Shown here piece after piece: positions 19,289 through 28,812 of a stretch of DNA of 64,000 bases (within the stretch, counting starts at the first letter, position 1; every line of letters begins with the position of its first letter). Position numbers and translations under genes: made by a program. This DNA is from a virus (lineage: Duplodnaviria; Caudoviricetes): positions 43,955 to 107,954 of IMG/VR virus record IMGVR_UViG_3300012344_000001. One strand, 5' to 3'. A model generated the notes under the pieces. The model searched no databases. It had not been told where the DNA came from and was given only the letters and a program-made list of their open reading frames with translations.

Positions 19289-19582
19289 CTATACCACCGT
19301 TGCATCGGTGCGATGCCATTCCATATCGGTCGTGTAATGCGGTCTATGAACGCGTAAAATGATTTCGCCCGTGTACGGATTGGGATATAAATATCCGGCG
19401 GTGAAATGCTGACAGGTGTGATAAATCACTTTGTAACCCCATCCATTGCAATTCTTCATTTCTTGCAGAATCATGCGTTCGACAGTTTTCTTTGCGACGG
19501 AAGGTTTCTTGTAGGTATCACACACCCTCTGTTCTGGTGCGCGATTGTATGCAGAAATAAAATGATTTTCAAAAGTGTTCAT
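19289..19582 (-). CDS. Hypothetical protein, tail ATVV
   Basis: SD GGAGG; tail motif. Confidence 0.65.
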   Translation of the reverse strand: MNTFENHFISAYNRAPEQRVCDTYKKPSVAKKTVERMILQEMKNCNGWGYKVIYHTCQHFTAGYLYPNPYTGEIILRVHRPHYTTDMEWHRTDATVV

Positions 19583-20407
19583 ATTATATACCTCCAGCCT
19601 TCAGCACGCGATAAATTCGACCGCGCACAGGCACTCAAAGGATTCTTTCATCTGAAGTGCGTGGCGCATAGCCGCCATATACATTTCATCTTCGGGTCTG
19701 TCATCGTGAAGTTTGATGGTCGCCGTGCGTTCGTTGCCGTTGTCCATGTTCTGATACTTCGCTTCAAAAATATACATATTGTACTCCAACAGCAGATAGA
19801 TTAAAGGCTTCCCTTCCCTGCTGTAATTATAGTATAGCACGCCCATATAAAATTGTCAAGCTGGACAGAAGTGAATCCGCCCAGCTTGCATATTAAATTA
19901 CTTCCTTATGGACGGCGCAGTAGATAATCGCCAGCATAAACACTGGGTACCACGTCCAGCGCGGCATAACCCAATCACGATAGCCGCCGTCGGTATAATA
20001 ACCGATTCCAGTCAAAGTGTCAACATCAAACACCTTGTTTCTTTTCATCAAGCGGCAGAACGTTCGCAGACTCATGACAGTATATTCGTCCGAATTATCA
20101 ATGATGCCGACAATCCACAGCGCGACACAATAGACAAGAATAACTATCAGCATGGTGACAATAAACGTAATCATATTACACTCCTTCACACATAGACGCG
20201 CTTTGCGCCTGCAAACTTGCCGTTGACCGTGGTGACGTGGTACAGTCCATCGCAGTAGCCCGAAGTCAGATTGTCATAGACGTGGCTCATGCGAATCGTG
20301 AACAGCGTGATAGCTTCACCTTCTTCGCTGATGCGGTGCTTCTGATTTATGATTGTGCCTTGGCGGTAAAGCGCCGCCATGTGTTCTGCGTACCCCATGA
20401 TGTCACC

Positions 20408-20791
20408 TTAACCTTTCATAAAATGTTTGATTGGTGGATTGAAACGATAGGCGCCATGGTCATTCTCCACGGTGAATTTTTCATCCGTCTTTTTGGCGGG
20501 GAACATATCGTTCAGGCGATACTTCACGATGGTGGTTGCGCCATTAAAGCCTTCGCCGTAAAGTCCACACCAGCCTTCGACATTATATTCAACGCTTGCG
20601 AAGTTGACAGTTTCCGCCTTTTCAGACGTGGGAACAATGCCAGCTTTCGGCAGAAGTTCAGACGCTAAACCAGTTTCAGATAAGACAAGGCGATTGATGC
20701 GTACAGGCGTTCCGCAGATGATTTCTACACGCGATTCAAACTTGTAGATGGTGGCATTGCCATTCCAGTTGTCAAACTTGATATAATACAT
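20408..20791 (-). CDS. Hypothetical protein, possible paralog of 20802..21239
   Basis: Similar N-termini (YYIKFD..ATIYKFE vs YYVQLD..CTIYEIE). Confidence 0.55.
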   Translation of the reverse strand: MYYIKFDNWNGNATIYKFESRVEIICGTPVRINRLVLSETGLASELLPKAGIVPTSEKAETVNFASVEYNVEGWCGLYGEGFNGATTIVKYRLNDMFPAKKTDEKFTVENDHGAYRFNPPIKHFMKG

Positions 20792-20801
20792 ATAGTACAC
20801 C

Positions 20802-21239
20802 TCACTTTGTAATTTTGGCGTGTTTCTTGCCGTCTGCGCTAATATAGACATCGAACTTATAGCCACATCTTTCAAAGGATTCGCGCAATTCGGCTTCATC
20901 TTCGTCGTTGACGATTTCAAGTGCGGGTGTGAATTCATACCAAACACCGTCCGCGTGATATTTCACATCGAACTTGAAGTCTACGCGCTTAACTTCAAAA
21001 GCCCACATGTAATCCCCGTCCAAGCGGTTTCCAAAGTTCATGAAGTTGTACGGAACCTTTTCAACACAGCAAGCCTTGGCTGGATAGAAGCCGAGGTTGG
21101 ACATAATATCAAGACCGCCGCTTGCTACGGTGGTGCGAAGATGTGCATTGCGCACACCCCATTCGTCATGGACGATGGCTTCTTCAATTTCGTAGATGGT
21201 GCAGGATTCCTTGTCCAGTTGAACATAATACTTTTTCAT
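20802..21239 (-). CDS. Hypothetical protein
   Basis: 145 aa behind a promoter at about 21285-21316. Confidence 0.6.
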   Translation of the reverse strand: MKKYYVQLDKESCTIYEIEEAIVHDEWGVRNAHLRTTVASGGLDIMSNLGFYPAKACCVEKVPYNFMNFGNRLDGDYMWAFEVKRVDFKFDVKYHADGVWYEFTPALEIVNDEDEAELRESFERCGYKFDVYISADGKKHAKITK

Positions 21240-21320
21240 AATGTACTCCGCGCGGCATAGATTGGGGACTTCCCCGCCGCTATAACTATACTATCAGATT
21301 GGTGCAATTTTGTCAAGCGC

Positions 21321-21557
21321 TTATAGGACTTTCGCACCACCAATCGTTTTCCATTCGTTTGCGACCATCTGCATATAATTCGCGCCGTCTTCCTTCTTAG
21401 ATTTTCGCGTATATTCTTTGCGGGCAATCCCAATAAGGTCGGCTTCGCTGAAATTGTTCATGCGGCACTTGATATTTTCGCGGTCAAACATTAGACAATC
21501 GCCGTTACACCAATTATTAGTGCAGATAATCGACTTTGCCGCGTTGTACTTTGTCAT
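21321..21557 (-). CDS. Cys-rich small protein, tail AKVL
   Basis: ICTNNWCNGDCLM. Confidence 0.7.
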   Translation of the reverse strand: MTKYNAAKSIICTNNWCNGDCLMFDRENIKCRMNNFSEADLIGIARKEYTRKSKKEDGANYMQMVANEWKTIGGAKVL

Positions 21558-21874
21558 AACACCACCGCCTTCTTCGCCCGCGTTGCGTTGATAAGCGTGC
21601 CATATCTGTGATTGCAAATGCCTTCTTCAAGGTGGATGTGGTAGAAATCCAAGCTACCTTTAACATTCCAGCCGTCAAACTTGCCAAGAAAAGTGCGAAA
21701 CACAAGCTGGAATTCTGTATCGGCATCGTATTCGTTGATTTGCGACAAAAGCACATCTTCGCATTCGGGATAAATCGCCTTGGCGACTTCACCAAACTGT
21801 GCGATATTGTCGCCGAAATAAATCAAGGTGCGCGGCTTGCGTTTCACCTGTTCTAAAATCTGTTGCGTAGTCAT
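21554..21874 (-). CDS. Hypothetical protein (LIYFG family), tail AVVL
   Basis: Paralog of 24962..25288. Confidence 0.7.
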   Translation of the reverse strand: MTTQQILEQVKRKPRTLIYFGDNIAQFGEVAKAIYPECEDVLLSQINEYDADTEFQLVFRTFLGKFDGWNVKGSLDFYHIHLEEGICNHRYGTLINATRAKKAVVL

Positions 21875-21875
21875 G

Positions 21876-22094
21876 TTACACCACCTTCGCTTTCATAGGC
21901 GCAATGTCGTTGTTGTTAATCCACCAAAACCCGCCATAACCGTGGTTCATGTGCGTGTGGTTTGGTTCCCACGCGGAAAGATTGCCCTTGCCAGTGCTGC
22001 GGATTTCAACAACGGTTCCAATCGCAAAGCGGTGCCCACTGTGATTTTCAACGATTTTTACAAGGTCGCCCTTCTTAACTTTCATAATTACCAC
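21876..22094 (-). CDS. SH3/KOW-like small protein, tail AKVV
   Basis: KKGDLVKIVENHSGHRFAIGTVVEI. Confidence 0.7.
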   Translation of the reverse strand: MVIMKVKKGDLVKIVENHSGHRFAIGTVVEIRSTGKGNLSAWEPNHTHMNHGYGGFWWINNNDIAPMKAKVV

Positions 22095-22557
22095 CCTATT
22101 CTGCCGAAGCCAAGTTCACCAGCTTCACGACTTCGCCATTGACCATTCTATGATACCATAATCCGCTGAACGGTGCGCGGATAATGCGAATTCGCGCGTT
22201 GCCAATCAAATCATCCGTGATGAATTTGCCATAGCGCAGAAGATATTGCGAATATTCATAATCAATCGTGTTCATATTGCACCCCACAACAGATAGATTT
22301 AGGGTAGCCCCTTTTCTGTTGTACCTATATTGTAACAGTTTATTCACAATTTGTCAAGCCCTGCGCGATTTGCCCGACCAGACGCGCTAAAACCGCCATA
22401 AATGCCCTTAGAATGCGCTGTGCGCGCTTTTAGACGCGCGGTGGTAAAAGTACCCACCCTATTCTAAACGCGCTTAGAACGCATTTATGCGCGATTTGTA
22501 ATTGTGAACAAATTGTAAACAAGGCGGATAAAAAAAGAAGGCGGGATAGACCCGCCT

Positions 22558-22917
22558 TCACCAGACAACAATAAGCCTAACGCTTGAAGAAGATTGGTAG
22601 TAGTCTTCCCGTTCAACTTGAAAGCCGCGCCGTTTCAATCGCCTTTCAAACAGGTCGGCGTATTTGCGTCGGACGTATATCTTTGCGCATTTCATTCCCA
22701 AACTGGCTTCCGAATGGATTTCTGCGTTCAGCGCATTATAATCCTGCCATCGCCTGATAAATTCGCGTCTTCTGTCGTTTAAGTCCCCAAGGCGTCGTGC
22801 TGTTTTTGCATTAAGAAATGTAGCGCAAAAATCGGAAGCGTTAATAGCAAGCAGCAGTAATACAACAAGCGCAAAAAGAACAGTCAGAATTTTAAGAATT
22901 GTCATGTTAGCACCCAC
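22558..22917 (-). CDS. Hypothetical membrane-anchored protein
   Basis: N-terminal hydrophobic segment. Confidence 0.5.
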   Translation of the reverse strand: MGANMTILKILTVLFALVVLLLLAINASDFCATFLNAKTARRLGDLNDRRREFIRRWQDYNALNAEIHSEASLGMKCAKIYVRRKYADLFERRLKRRGFQVEREDYYQSSSSVRLIVVW

Positions 22918-23302
22918 CCTTCAGAAACGGCTTGGCAAACTTGTAGATTGTGATTTCGGGGATTGTCAGCGCCTTGATAATGTCAACCGCTTGAACACAA
23001 ATAACAGCAATGGCGATTGTGGCAATGATGGCGCAAATGACGGTGGCGACAACAAGCGAATAGTCATCATCGTCTGCTTCCGCCAGCGGCCTAATCTTCT
23101 TGTTGCGAATGTAAAATGCAAGAAACACGATGACAACTTGCAAAATTATCCATGCGGCAGAAGTAGCGATTTCGTAGGCGACGATGCGATGGCAAAGGTC
23201 TTGCAAATAGGGCATGATGTTGCTTGCCGTCCAGTCGATTACGATACCAAACTTTTCGCAGATGGCATCAAGAACGGCGATGATTTGGTTAGAAACAGTC
23301 AT
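22907..23302 (-). CDS. Membrane protein
   Basis: Two TM segments, SD GGAGG. Confidence 0.6.
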   Translation of the reverse strand: MTVSNQIIAVLDAICEKFGIVIDWTASNIMPYLQDLCHRIVAYEIATSAAWIILQVVIVFLAFYIRNKKIRPLAEADDDDYSLVVATVICAIIATIAIAVICVQAVDIIKALTIPEITIYKFAKPFLKGGC

Positions 23303-23317
23303 TTAATTTGTCCTCCA

Positions 23318-23539
23318 TTAAATTATTTTAGCGCCGACCGGTCTTAGGTCACAGGTGTAAATTTCCTGTGAAGTTTTACGGTTGCCGCTATTTATTGTTT
23401 TGCACCGCACAGAACAAGTATCTTTCCCAACGCGGGTAATTTCGCCGATTTGTGGGATGATTGCGTAGTGGATTTTATTCGTGTTTCCCACGATTTTCAC
23501 CTTTTGCCCAACGTGGAATTTATACAATCTTGGCACCAC
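23318..23539 (-). CDS. SH3/KOW-like small protein, tail AKII
   Basis: FHVGQKVKIVGN. Confidence 0.7.
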   Translation of the reverse strand: MVPRLYKFHVGQKVKIVGNTNKIHYAIIPQIGEITRVGKDTCSVRCKTINSGNRKTSQEIYTCDLRPVGAKII

Positions 23540-23771
23540 CTTTTGGATATTTTCTCGCGATTGCCGCCCATCGGTTCAGTAGTTTCTTATCGGCAGACGT
23601 TGCTCGTGGATATCTGTATTTGTACGCAAGCCGCGCAGCAGTTCGCAGGTCTTTCGTGCTTACATAGGACGATGCGCACCAGTGAACTGGACAGCGATTA
23701 CAGAACGAAACGCCATATATCGGGCTGCACATTATATTTATTAGGGTGTTGCGAAATTCAAGTTCGTTCAT
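23520..23771 (-). CDS. Cys-rich small protein, tail AKIV
   Basis: CNRCPV. Confidence 0.7.
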   Translation of the reverse strand: MNELEFRNTLINIMCSPIYGVSFCNRCPVHWCASSYVSTKDLRTAARLAYKYRYPRATSADKKLLNRWAAIARKYPKGGAKIV

Positions 23772-24037
23772 ACTACCGTCGCCCTTCTTATCACAAATCG
23801 CCCATATTCTGATGGCAAATCCTTAAACATTTGCGCGTTCCCGTGTTTAATACAGGCTTTTAGAAGTTTTACACGCTTTTCGTCATATTGCGAACAACAG
23901 TCTGTGCAAATTGCCATGTCGAAATCTGTACTAATTGACATTAGCGGACAATCTTCACAGCCGCCTGAGTGGTATAGCCTGCAAAAACAGTCGGTGATTG
24001 CACTCATTGCATTTTTGCTTGGGATATCCATATTCAC
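23768..24037 (-). CDS. Cys-rich small protein, tail ATVV
   Basis: CEDCPL. Confidence 0.7.
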   Translation of the reverse strand: MNMDIPSKNAMSAITDCFCRLYHSGGCEDCPLMSISTDFDMAICTDCCSQYDEKRVKLLKACIKHGNAQMFKDLPSEYGRFVIRRATVV

Positions 24038-24306
24038 ACCACCCTTGCACCATTCTTATAGTAGTACCAATTACCTTTTGGCGGCTCTTGATAGTTCTGG
24101 AAACCAATCACGGACGTTCCAGTGCAATCGCCATGCTCGTAGCGTATCTGCGTAGAGCCGCCCCCATAAACTTCATATTCATAATGCAGTATTGGACGAT
24201 GGATGGAAACGAAGTCTATATACTGTCTTGCGGTATCGCTGTTTGGGAATACGAAAATACAGGATTCACCACTGTTGGCGATTTCAAACATCTTTTTGAA
24301 CGTCAT
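24034..24306 (-). CDS. Hypothetical protein, tail ARVV
   Basis: Coupled ORF. Confidence 0.65.
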   Translation of the reverse strand: MTFKKMFEIANSGESCIFVFPNSDTARQYIDFVSIHRPILHYEYEVYGGGSTQIRYEHGDCTGTSVIGFQNYQEPPKGNWYYYKNGARVV

Positions 24307-24307
24307 G

Positions 24308-24413
24308 TCATACTACCTCCGCACCTGCTGCGCGCAGGTCGTGTTCGATGATAATCTGCGGTGGTGTTGTCAACAATGCGAACGCGCTGTCCAACACGAT
24401 ATAGATAGTTCAT
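24308..24413 (-). pseudogene. Internally deleted SH3/KOW-family gene, tail AEVV
   Basis: MNYLYRVGQRVRIVDNTT joined out of frame to QIIIEHDLRAAGAEVV*. Confidence 0.6.
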
Positions 24414-24658
24414 CAGAACACCTTCTTCACCAGTCGCGCGGTCACGATTTTGTCACCATCCGCAGCGATGTACGCCTGAACTTCACCCGTGTCATTGAAC
24501 TTACGCTTGTAGCCGTGCGCTTCGCAAATGTCATCAATCACATCGCCAGCGCAGATATTTGCAGAGTTCTGTGACTGGTGCATTGTGTCAACGTGGAACT
24601 TGCCATCTTCGTACTTGTATACGAACCAGCGAAAAATTTTGGGAACCATTTTGCACAC
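24413..24658 (-). CDS. Hypothetical protein
   Basis: 81 aa behind a promoter at about 24680-24708. Confidence 0.55.
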   Translation of the reverse strand: MCKMVPKIFRWFVYKYEDGKFHVDTMHQSQNSANICAGDVIDDICEAHGYKRKFNDTGEVQAYIAADGDKIVTARLVKKVF

Positions 24659-24712
24659 CGCCTTTCCTGTTGTAATAATATTGTAACATTTTGTTCACAA
24701 TTTGTCAAGCGA

Positions 24713-24739
24713 AATAAAAAAGACGCCCGCGAAGGCGTC
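24713..24739 (-). terminator. Intrinsic terminator
   Basis: agacgcc-ttcg-cgggcgtct followed by a T-run on the minus strand. Confidence 0.7.
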
Positions 24740-24960
24740 TAAATGATTTGTGCGGTGGTGGGCGCTGGCTTCAATTCGTTGAATTTGAAGTGGCACTCGA
24801 CGGGCGCAATGTGGCTGTCCACCCTTATTTTAATAGGGAATCGCCTGTCTGGGTTAATGTCAATGATAACGCCAATCATGCCGTTGTCAACGGCGCGGTC
24901 TTCAAGGTATTCCGTATCGTCACAGTCGATGATAACCTTTTGTCCGACGTAAAAATTCAC
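24739..24960 (-). CDS. SH3/KOW-like small protein, tail AQII
   Basis: FYVGQKVII...GMIGVII. Confidence 0.7.
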   Translation of the reverse strand: MNFYVGQKVIIDCDDTEYLEDRAVDNGMIGVIIDINPDRRFPIKIRVDSHIAPVECHFKFNELKPAPTTAQII

Positions 24961-24961
24961 A

Positions 24962-25288
24962 CTACACCACCTTTGCCCTTCTGTCGTGCGACAAATCTAC
25001 CAGTAACCATTCGTCGTCTTTTTCGCGTCCTGCGGCAGTCCAGCGGGCGTAGTGCGCTTTCTTCGTATCGAAATCCATTTTGAAGAACTCGATGCTATCT
25101 TCACGGTTGAATCCGTCGTATTTGCCGTTGGCGTACAGAATACAAAGTTCGGTGCAGTTGTCTGTTCGATGTGGCACGAATCCGCCCGTGGCTTTGTTGA
25201 CGGTAACAAATGATTCCCAATCGACGCCAAAATACAGCAGAACGCGCGGGTTTTCTTTGATAACATTTTTGATTGCAGTAATATTCAT
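24962..25288 (-). CDS. Hypothetical protein (LLYFG family), tail AKVV
   Basis: Paralog of 21554..21874. Confidence 0.7.
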   Translation of the reverse strand: MNITAIKNVIKENPRVLLYFGVDWESFVTVNKATGGFVPHRTDNCTELCILYANGKYDGFNREDSIEFFKMDFDTKKAHYARWTAAGREKDDEWLLVDLSHDRRAKVV

Positions 25289-25340
25289 ATTGCACCTCGC
25301 AAAAAAGGTTTACGGCGGCATCCGAACTGGATTTATTAAA

Positions 25341-25595
25341 TTAGACGATTTTACAGCCGCAGACATACGGGCGGAAATCAGGGTCTTCTTTGATTTCAGT
25401 TTTTATGCTTTCATGATACTTCTTGTCTGTGAAATATAGGAACTTGCCAACGTTAATGGTTCCGTCGTGGTTGTCATACGAACAACACCGTCCAAGCTTT
25501 TTGCGGATAGGGCAGGTGTTACATCCGTTTCCAAATCCAGGGATTCTGCAACCAGCGCGTTTGAAATGGTATGCAGCAGTTTCTTTGTCTATCAT
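25341..25595 (-). CDS. Cys-rich small protein, tail CKIV
   Basis: CNTCPI. Confidence 0.65.
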   Translation of the reverse strand: MIDKETAAYHFKRAGCRIPGFGNGCNTCPIRKKLGRCCSYDNHDGTINVGKFLYFTDKKYHESIKTEIKEDPDFRPYVCGCKIV

Positions 25596-25600
25596 ATTTA

Positions 25601-25978
25601 TCACCCCACCGCAATACCGCCGCAATAGCGAACAGAAATGATTCTATCACCAGCAATTTCGGGCGTGCCGCGGTCGTCGATAATCATGGCGGCGATGTCC
25701 CCAATCATCCAATCTTCGGCGCCGTAGAACATCCAGATTTCGCCGTTGTAGTCGGACAAATAGACCGAATCGTTGTTTTCATCCACTTCGACAACCACGG
25801 CGGCGTGCGGATAAAGATTGTCAACTGCTGGTTGCGCGTCATTTTTTACGCAGGACGTAGACGCGATGGCGACAATGATAAGCAATGCGATGCCAAAGAA
25901 TAGGATGATAGAATTTCGTGTGCGAAAATGTTTCATGGTAGTACCCCTTTCCTTATCATGCTTATATTGTAACGCCAA
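25601..25978 (-). CDS. Exported or lipoprotein-like hypothetical protein
   Basis: Signal-like hydrophobic stretch ending STSC; true start probably MKHFR. Confidence 0.55.
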   Translation of the reverse strand: MALQYKHDKERGTTMKHFRTRNSIILFFGIALLIIVAIASTSCVKNDAQPAVDNLYPHAAVVVEVDENNDSVYLSDYNGEIWMFYGAEDWMIGDIAAMIIDDRGTPEIAGDRIISVRYCGGIAVG

Positions 25979-25995
25979 AAGGTTGACTTGTCAAG

Positions 25996-26217
25996 CTAAA
26001 CTACCGTCGCACCCGCAGGTTCTATGTCTGCTTCGCGGACGATATAATGGCTTCCGTGTCCAGTCGATGCGTAAAACGGATGCCCATAACGGTTGACTTC
26101 GCGCCACGATTGTTCACCAAGGGCTACAATTTGCCCAATCTTAAAGCCATGGCTGTTGTGGTTGCCAATTATTCTGACACGCATACCTTGACGTGCGGTT
26201 CCAGTTTTCATGGTCAC
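25996..26217 (-). CDS. SH3/KOW-like small protein, tail ATVV
   Basis: QGMRVRIIGNHNSHGFKIGQIV. Confidence 0.7.
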   Translation of the reverse strand: MTMKTGTARQGMRVRIIGNHNSHGFKIGQIVALGEQSWREVNRYGHPFYASTGHGSHYIVREADIEPAGATVV

Positions 26218-26687
26218 ACCACCTTTGCAGACGACGGTTTGATTTTCTTTATATATTGCAGGGGAACATTAACATTGGTGTTATATATGTTTGCATAGAC
26301 AATGGCTTCGCCGTGTAATATTGATTTGACGCGCCCCGTGAAAACACCTGTGCCTACAAGGTCGCCAGCTTTGATGCTTTGGACGTCGTTCCACATCTTG
26401 ACCAGTTTTGGGATATCTTCGTCGGTAAATCCGACTGGACAGACGGTACAACCGATGTGGTAAAATTCGCCAAAGCGGTGTTCAATATAGGCTTGACCGC
26501 CACAGTGACACGGGACAGCTTTTTGTTCGCTGGATTTGATAAGCTTTTTAATGCGATTATTCTTGATTGATTTCTTGATGCGGTCAATGCAAAAATCATG
26601 AATCGCACTAACAAAAAGGATGGTGGCGGAGATGGCTAACGCCACAAAAAGAATCCACATAAAAACACACGCAATCTTTTCTATCAC
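26214..26687 (-). CDS. TM + Lar-like zinc ribbon + KOW-like protein, tail AKVV
   Basis: PCHCGG...CTVC...MWN; IKAGDLV. Confidence 0.6.
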   Translation of the reverse strand: MIEKIACVFMWILFVALAISATILFVSAIHDFCIDRIKKSIKNNRIKKLIKSSEQKAVPCHCGGQAYIEHRFGEFYHIGCTVCPVGFTDEDIPKLVKMWNDVQSIKAGDLVGTGVFTGRVKSILHGEAIVYANIYNTNVNVPLQYIKKIKPSSAKVV

Positions 26688-26920
26688 AACACCACCGCCT
26701 TCATATATTTCGCCATGATTTCGTTGACGCGGGTACATTGCTTGCGCTGCGTTGGCGTCTTTGTGTTCATATATTCGCCAACAGCCCTTAGAAGTTCGTG
26801 CGTTACAGGCGTGTCTTTGCGACAGCGGTAGTAACAGTCGTCGCTATCGGTTAGCGGACAAAGGTCGCACATATAATTAACACAAACGAACCTTCGCAAA
26901 TATTCGCCGTCATACTTCAT
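26684..26920 (-). CDS. Cys-rich small protein, tail AVVL
   Basis: CDLCPL. Confidence 0.7.
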   Translation of the reverse strand: MKYDGEYLRRFVCVNYMCDLCPLTDSDDCYYRCRKDTPVTHELLRAVGEYMNTKTPTQRKQCTRVNEIMAKYMKAVVL

Positions 26921-27192
26921 AATATAGTTCCTTTCATCGCCACGCCAATTTCGCGCATATCTTCGGCGGTAAAACATTCGCGATATTCTGGATTTTTAAT
27001 CAAGTCTTGAAAGGCGCGGTTCGCTGCAACTTGTCCAGCCGTCGTAAATATTTCATCACACCAGAATGTGGGGTCTGCGCCTTCTTCGCCTGTTGGATAT
27101 TTATATGGATAAAGCGGGCAATCTTCACAATTCGCAGCCGTTTCACAGATTCTTCCTGTCAGGTGTTCTATATTGACGTTAGTTACCGGCAC
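26917..27192 (-). CDS. Cys-rich small protein, tail GTIL
   Basis: CEDCPL. Confidence 0.7.
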   Translation of the reverse strand: MPVTNVNIEHLTGRICETAANCEDCPLYPYKYPTGEEGADPTFWCDEIFTTAGQVAANRAFQDLIKNPEYRECFTAEDMREIGVAMKGTIL

Positions 27193-27589
27193 AGTCTATC
27201 ACCTCTTCCCACGCTTCATACGTTTCGTTCCACCAGCACTTCGGCGAATCGTTCCACACTTCTTCGTCAAATTCGGCATAGTTATTTGCGAAATCTGCCA
27301 CGTCGCTTGCCTTGGCGTCGCCGAGTCGCACAAGACCGCTTTCGTCACAGATTGCGACGGGCTTACCATCAACAAGCATCACCTGCATTAACACACTGTC
27401 GATTGCAACAGCAACATCAATCCAGTCGCCCATGTCGGTGGACATGATAATTGTGCCAAGGCGACCATTCACAGAAATAGGTCGGGCGAACGCACATTCA
27501 AGACAGTTGCAGTCTTGATAGGACGTGCAGAGGTCGCAAAGCGCGTCGTTCATAGCTTCGACGTATTGATTTTTTTCTTCGCGGGTCAT
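27179..27589 (-). CDS. Cys-rich hypothetical protein (no tail motif)
   Basis: CDLC..CNCLEC. Confidence 0.6.
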   Translation of the reverse strand: MTREEKNQYVEAMNDALCDLCTSYQDCNCLECAFARPISVNGRLGTIIMSTDMGDWIDVAVAIDSVLMQVMLVDGKPVAICDESGLVRLGDAKASDVADFANNYAEFDEEVWNDSPKCWWNETYEAWEEVIDCAGN

Positions 27590-27801
27590 AACACAACCGC
27601 CTTTCTGATTGGTTTAACGTCAACAAATGAAACCCACTGGTCGTAGATTCTGCCATCGTGTCCACAGCCAAAAACTTTGAAGCTGGTGGAATCCATGTCT
27701 ACGACTTCGGCAGTAGATGGTATGGCAAGGCAATGATTGATTCGCGATTTGCCAATAATTCGCACTTTGTCACCGATTTTGATTCTATTCATTTTCATCA
27801 C
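27586..27801 (-). CDS. SH3/KOW-like small protein, tail AVVL
   Basis: IKIGDKVRIIG. Confidence 0.7.
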   Translation of the reverse strand: MMKMNRIKIGDKVRIIGKSRINHCLAIPSTAEVVDMDSTSFKVFGCGHDGRIYDQWVSFVDVKPIRKAVVL

Positions 27802-27834
27802 CCTATATTATCCTACCATAAAGTTAAGGTTTTG

Positions 27835-28164
27835 TCAAACCACTACGGCGGCGCGGCGAATGTATTTCTGCGCCAGTTTCCACATTTTGTCGCGACTAAG
27901 AATCCGTGTGTCGTCATTTTCATCAACAAGGCGAAGCCTTCCCCAATACGCGCGGCTATGCACGGCTTCATCCCAAATCTTTTCGTTGATTTCAAAATGC
28001 TTAACAAGCGTGAAATTTTTGATGGCGCAATAGGCGGTGAAACCATCCTGATAGTTGACGTAGGAACACGCATCGGACGTCGTTAGGACAATTCCGTATT
28101 GACCGAAACGGTTAGATTTCGGATTATTGTTGCGCACAATGTCGCAAGAACAAGCAAATTTCAT
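27835..28164 (-). CDS. SH3-like protein, tail AVVV
   Basis: DIVRNNNPKSNRFGQYGIV. Confidence 0.65.
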   Translation of the reverse strand: MKFACSCDIVRNNNPKSNRFGQYGIVLTTSDACSYVNYQDGFTAYCAIKNFTLVKHFEINEKIWDEAVHSRAYWGRLRLVDENDDTRILSRDKMWKLAQKYIRRAAVVV

Positions 28165-28812
28165 TTAACCACCTGCTTTATACGGTAAAAATTTGGTAAT
28201 CTTGCCGCCATACTCTTTGTTGCCGTGGTCGCAGACCCAAACCGCCTGACCTTCATCAATCATGTAAACGGGCTTGTTGTACTTGGTCGCATAGTTGCGG
28301 AAAAGTTCCTTGTGTTGAATCCAGCCGCCCGCATGGGGCTTCACCAGAAAATCGGTAAGGCTAAGGCTGTTCAGTTCATCACCAGCAAGACAGAGATAAT
28401 TGTCGTCGGCAACGGATGCAAGTTCGATGGTCGGACTGATAATGTGGGAACCGGCAGAAACGCCCATCAAGATACCGCGCTGTGCAAACTTGCGAAGGTC
28501 GTCATCAAGACCACGGAAATGAATCATAGTCCATTCTTCAAAAGTATTCCCGCCGCTTACCAAAATCGCATCGCTTTCAAGCGCGTAGTCCCAACGCTTC
28601 TTGTCGAAGTTTTCACCAACAGGGCAAATAATGTATTCTTCAAAACCCATCTTAGCAGCGAAGTAAGGCGGATAGTCGCGGGTGGTCGCCTGCCAATAGG
28701 ACGGAATGACGGCGATACGACGATTCTTGCCGTGCTTATTCAGCCAGTCATTCACGCGGTTGTTTAGACGCTTATCACCACAGGTGGTAGAAAATAGAAT
28801 TACGTTTTTCAC
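28165..28812 (-). CDS. Peptidase S51 (PepE/cyanophycinase-like)
   Basis: ILVSGGNT, GVSAG nucleophile elbow, VKPH; probable GTG start. Confidence 0.8.
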   Translation of the reverse strand: MKNVILFSTTCGDKRLNNRVNDWLNKHGKNRRIAVIPSYWQATTRDYPPYFAAKMGFEEYIICPVGENFDKKRWDYALESDAILVSGGNTFEEWTMIHFRGLDDDLRKFAQRGILMGVSAGSHIISPTIELASVADDNYLCLAGDELNSLSLTDFLVKPHAGGWIQHKELFRNYATKYNKPVYMIDEGQAVWVCDHGNKEYGGKITKFLPYKAGG

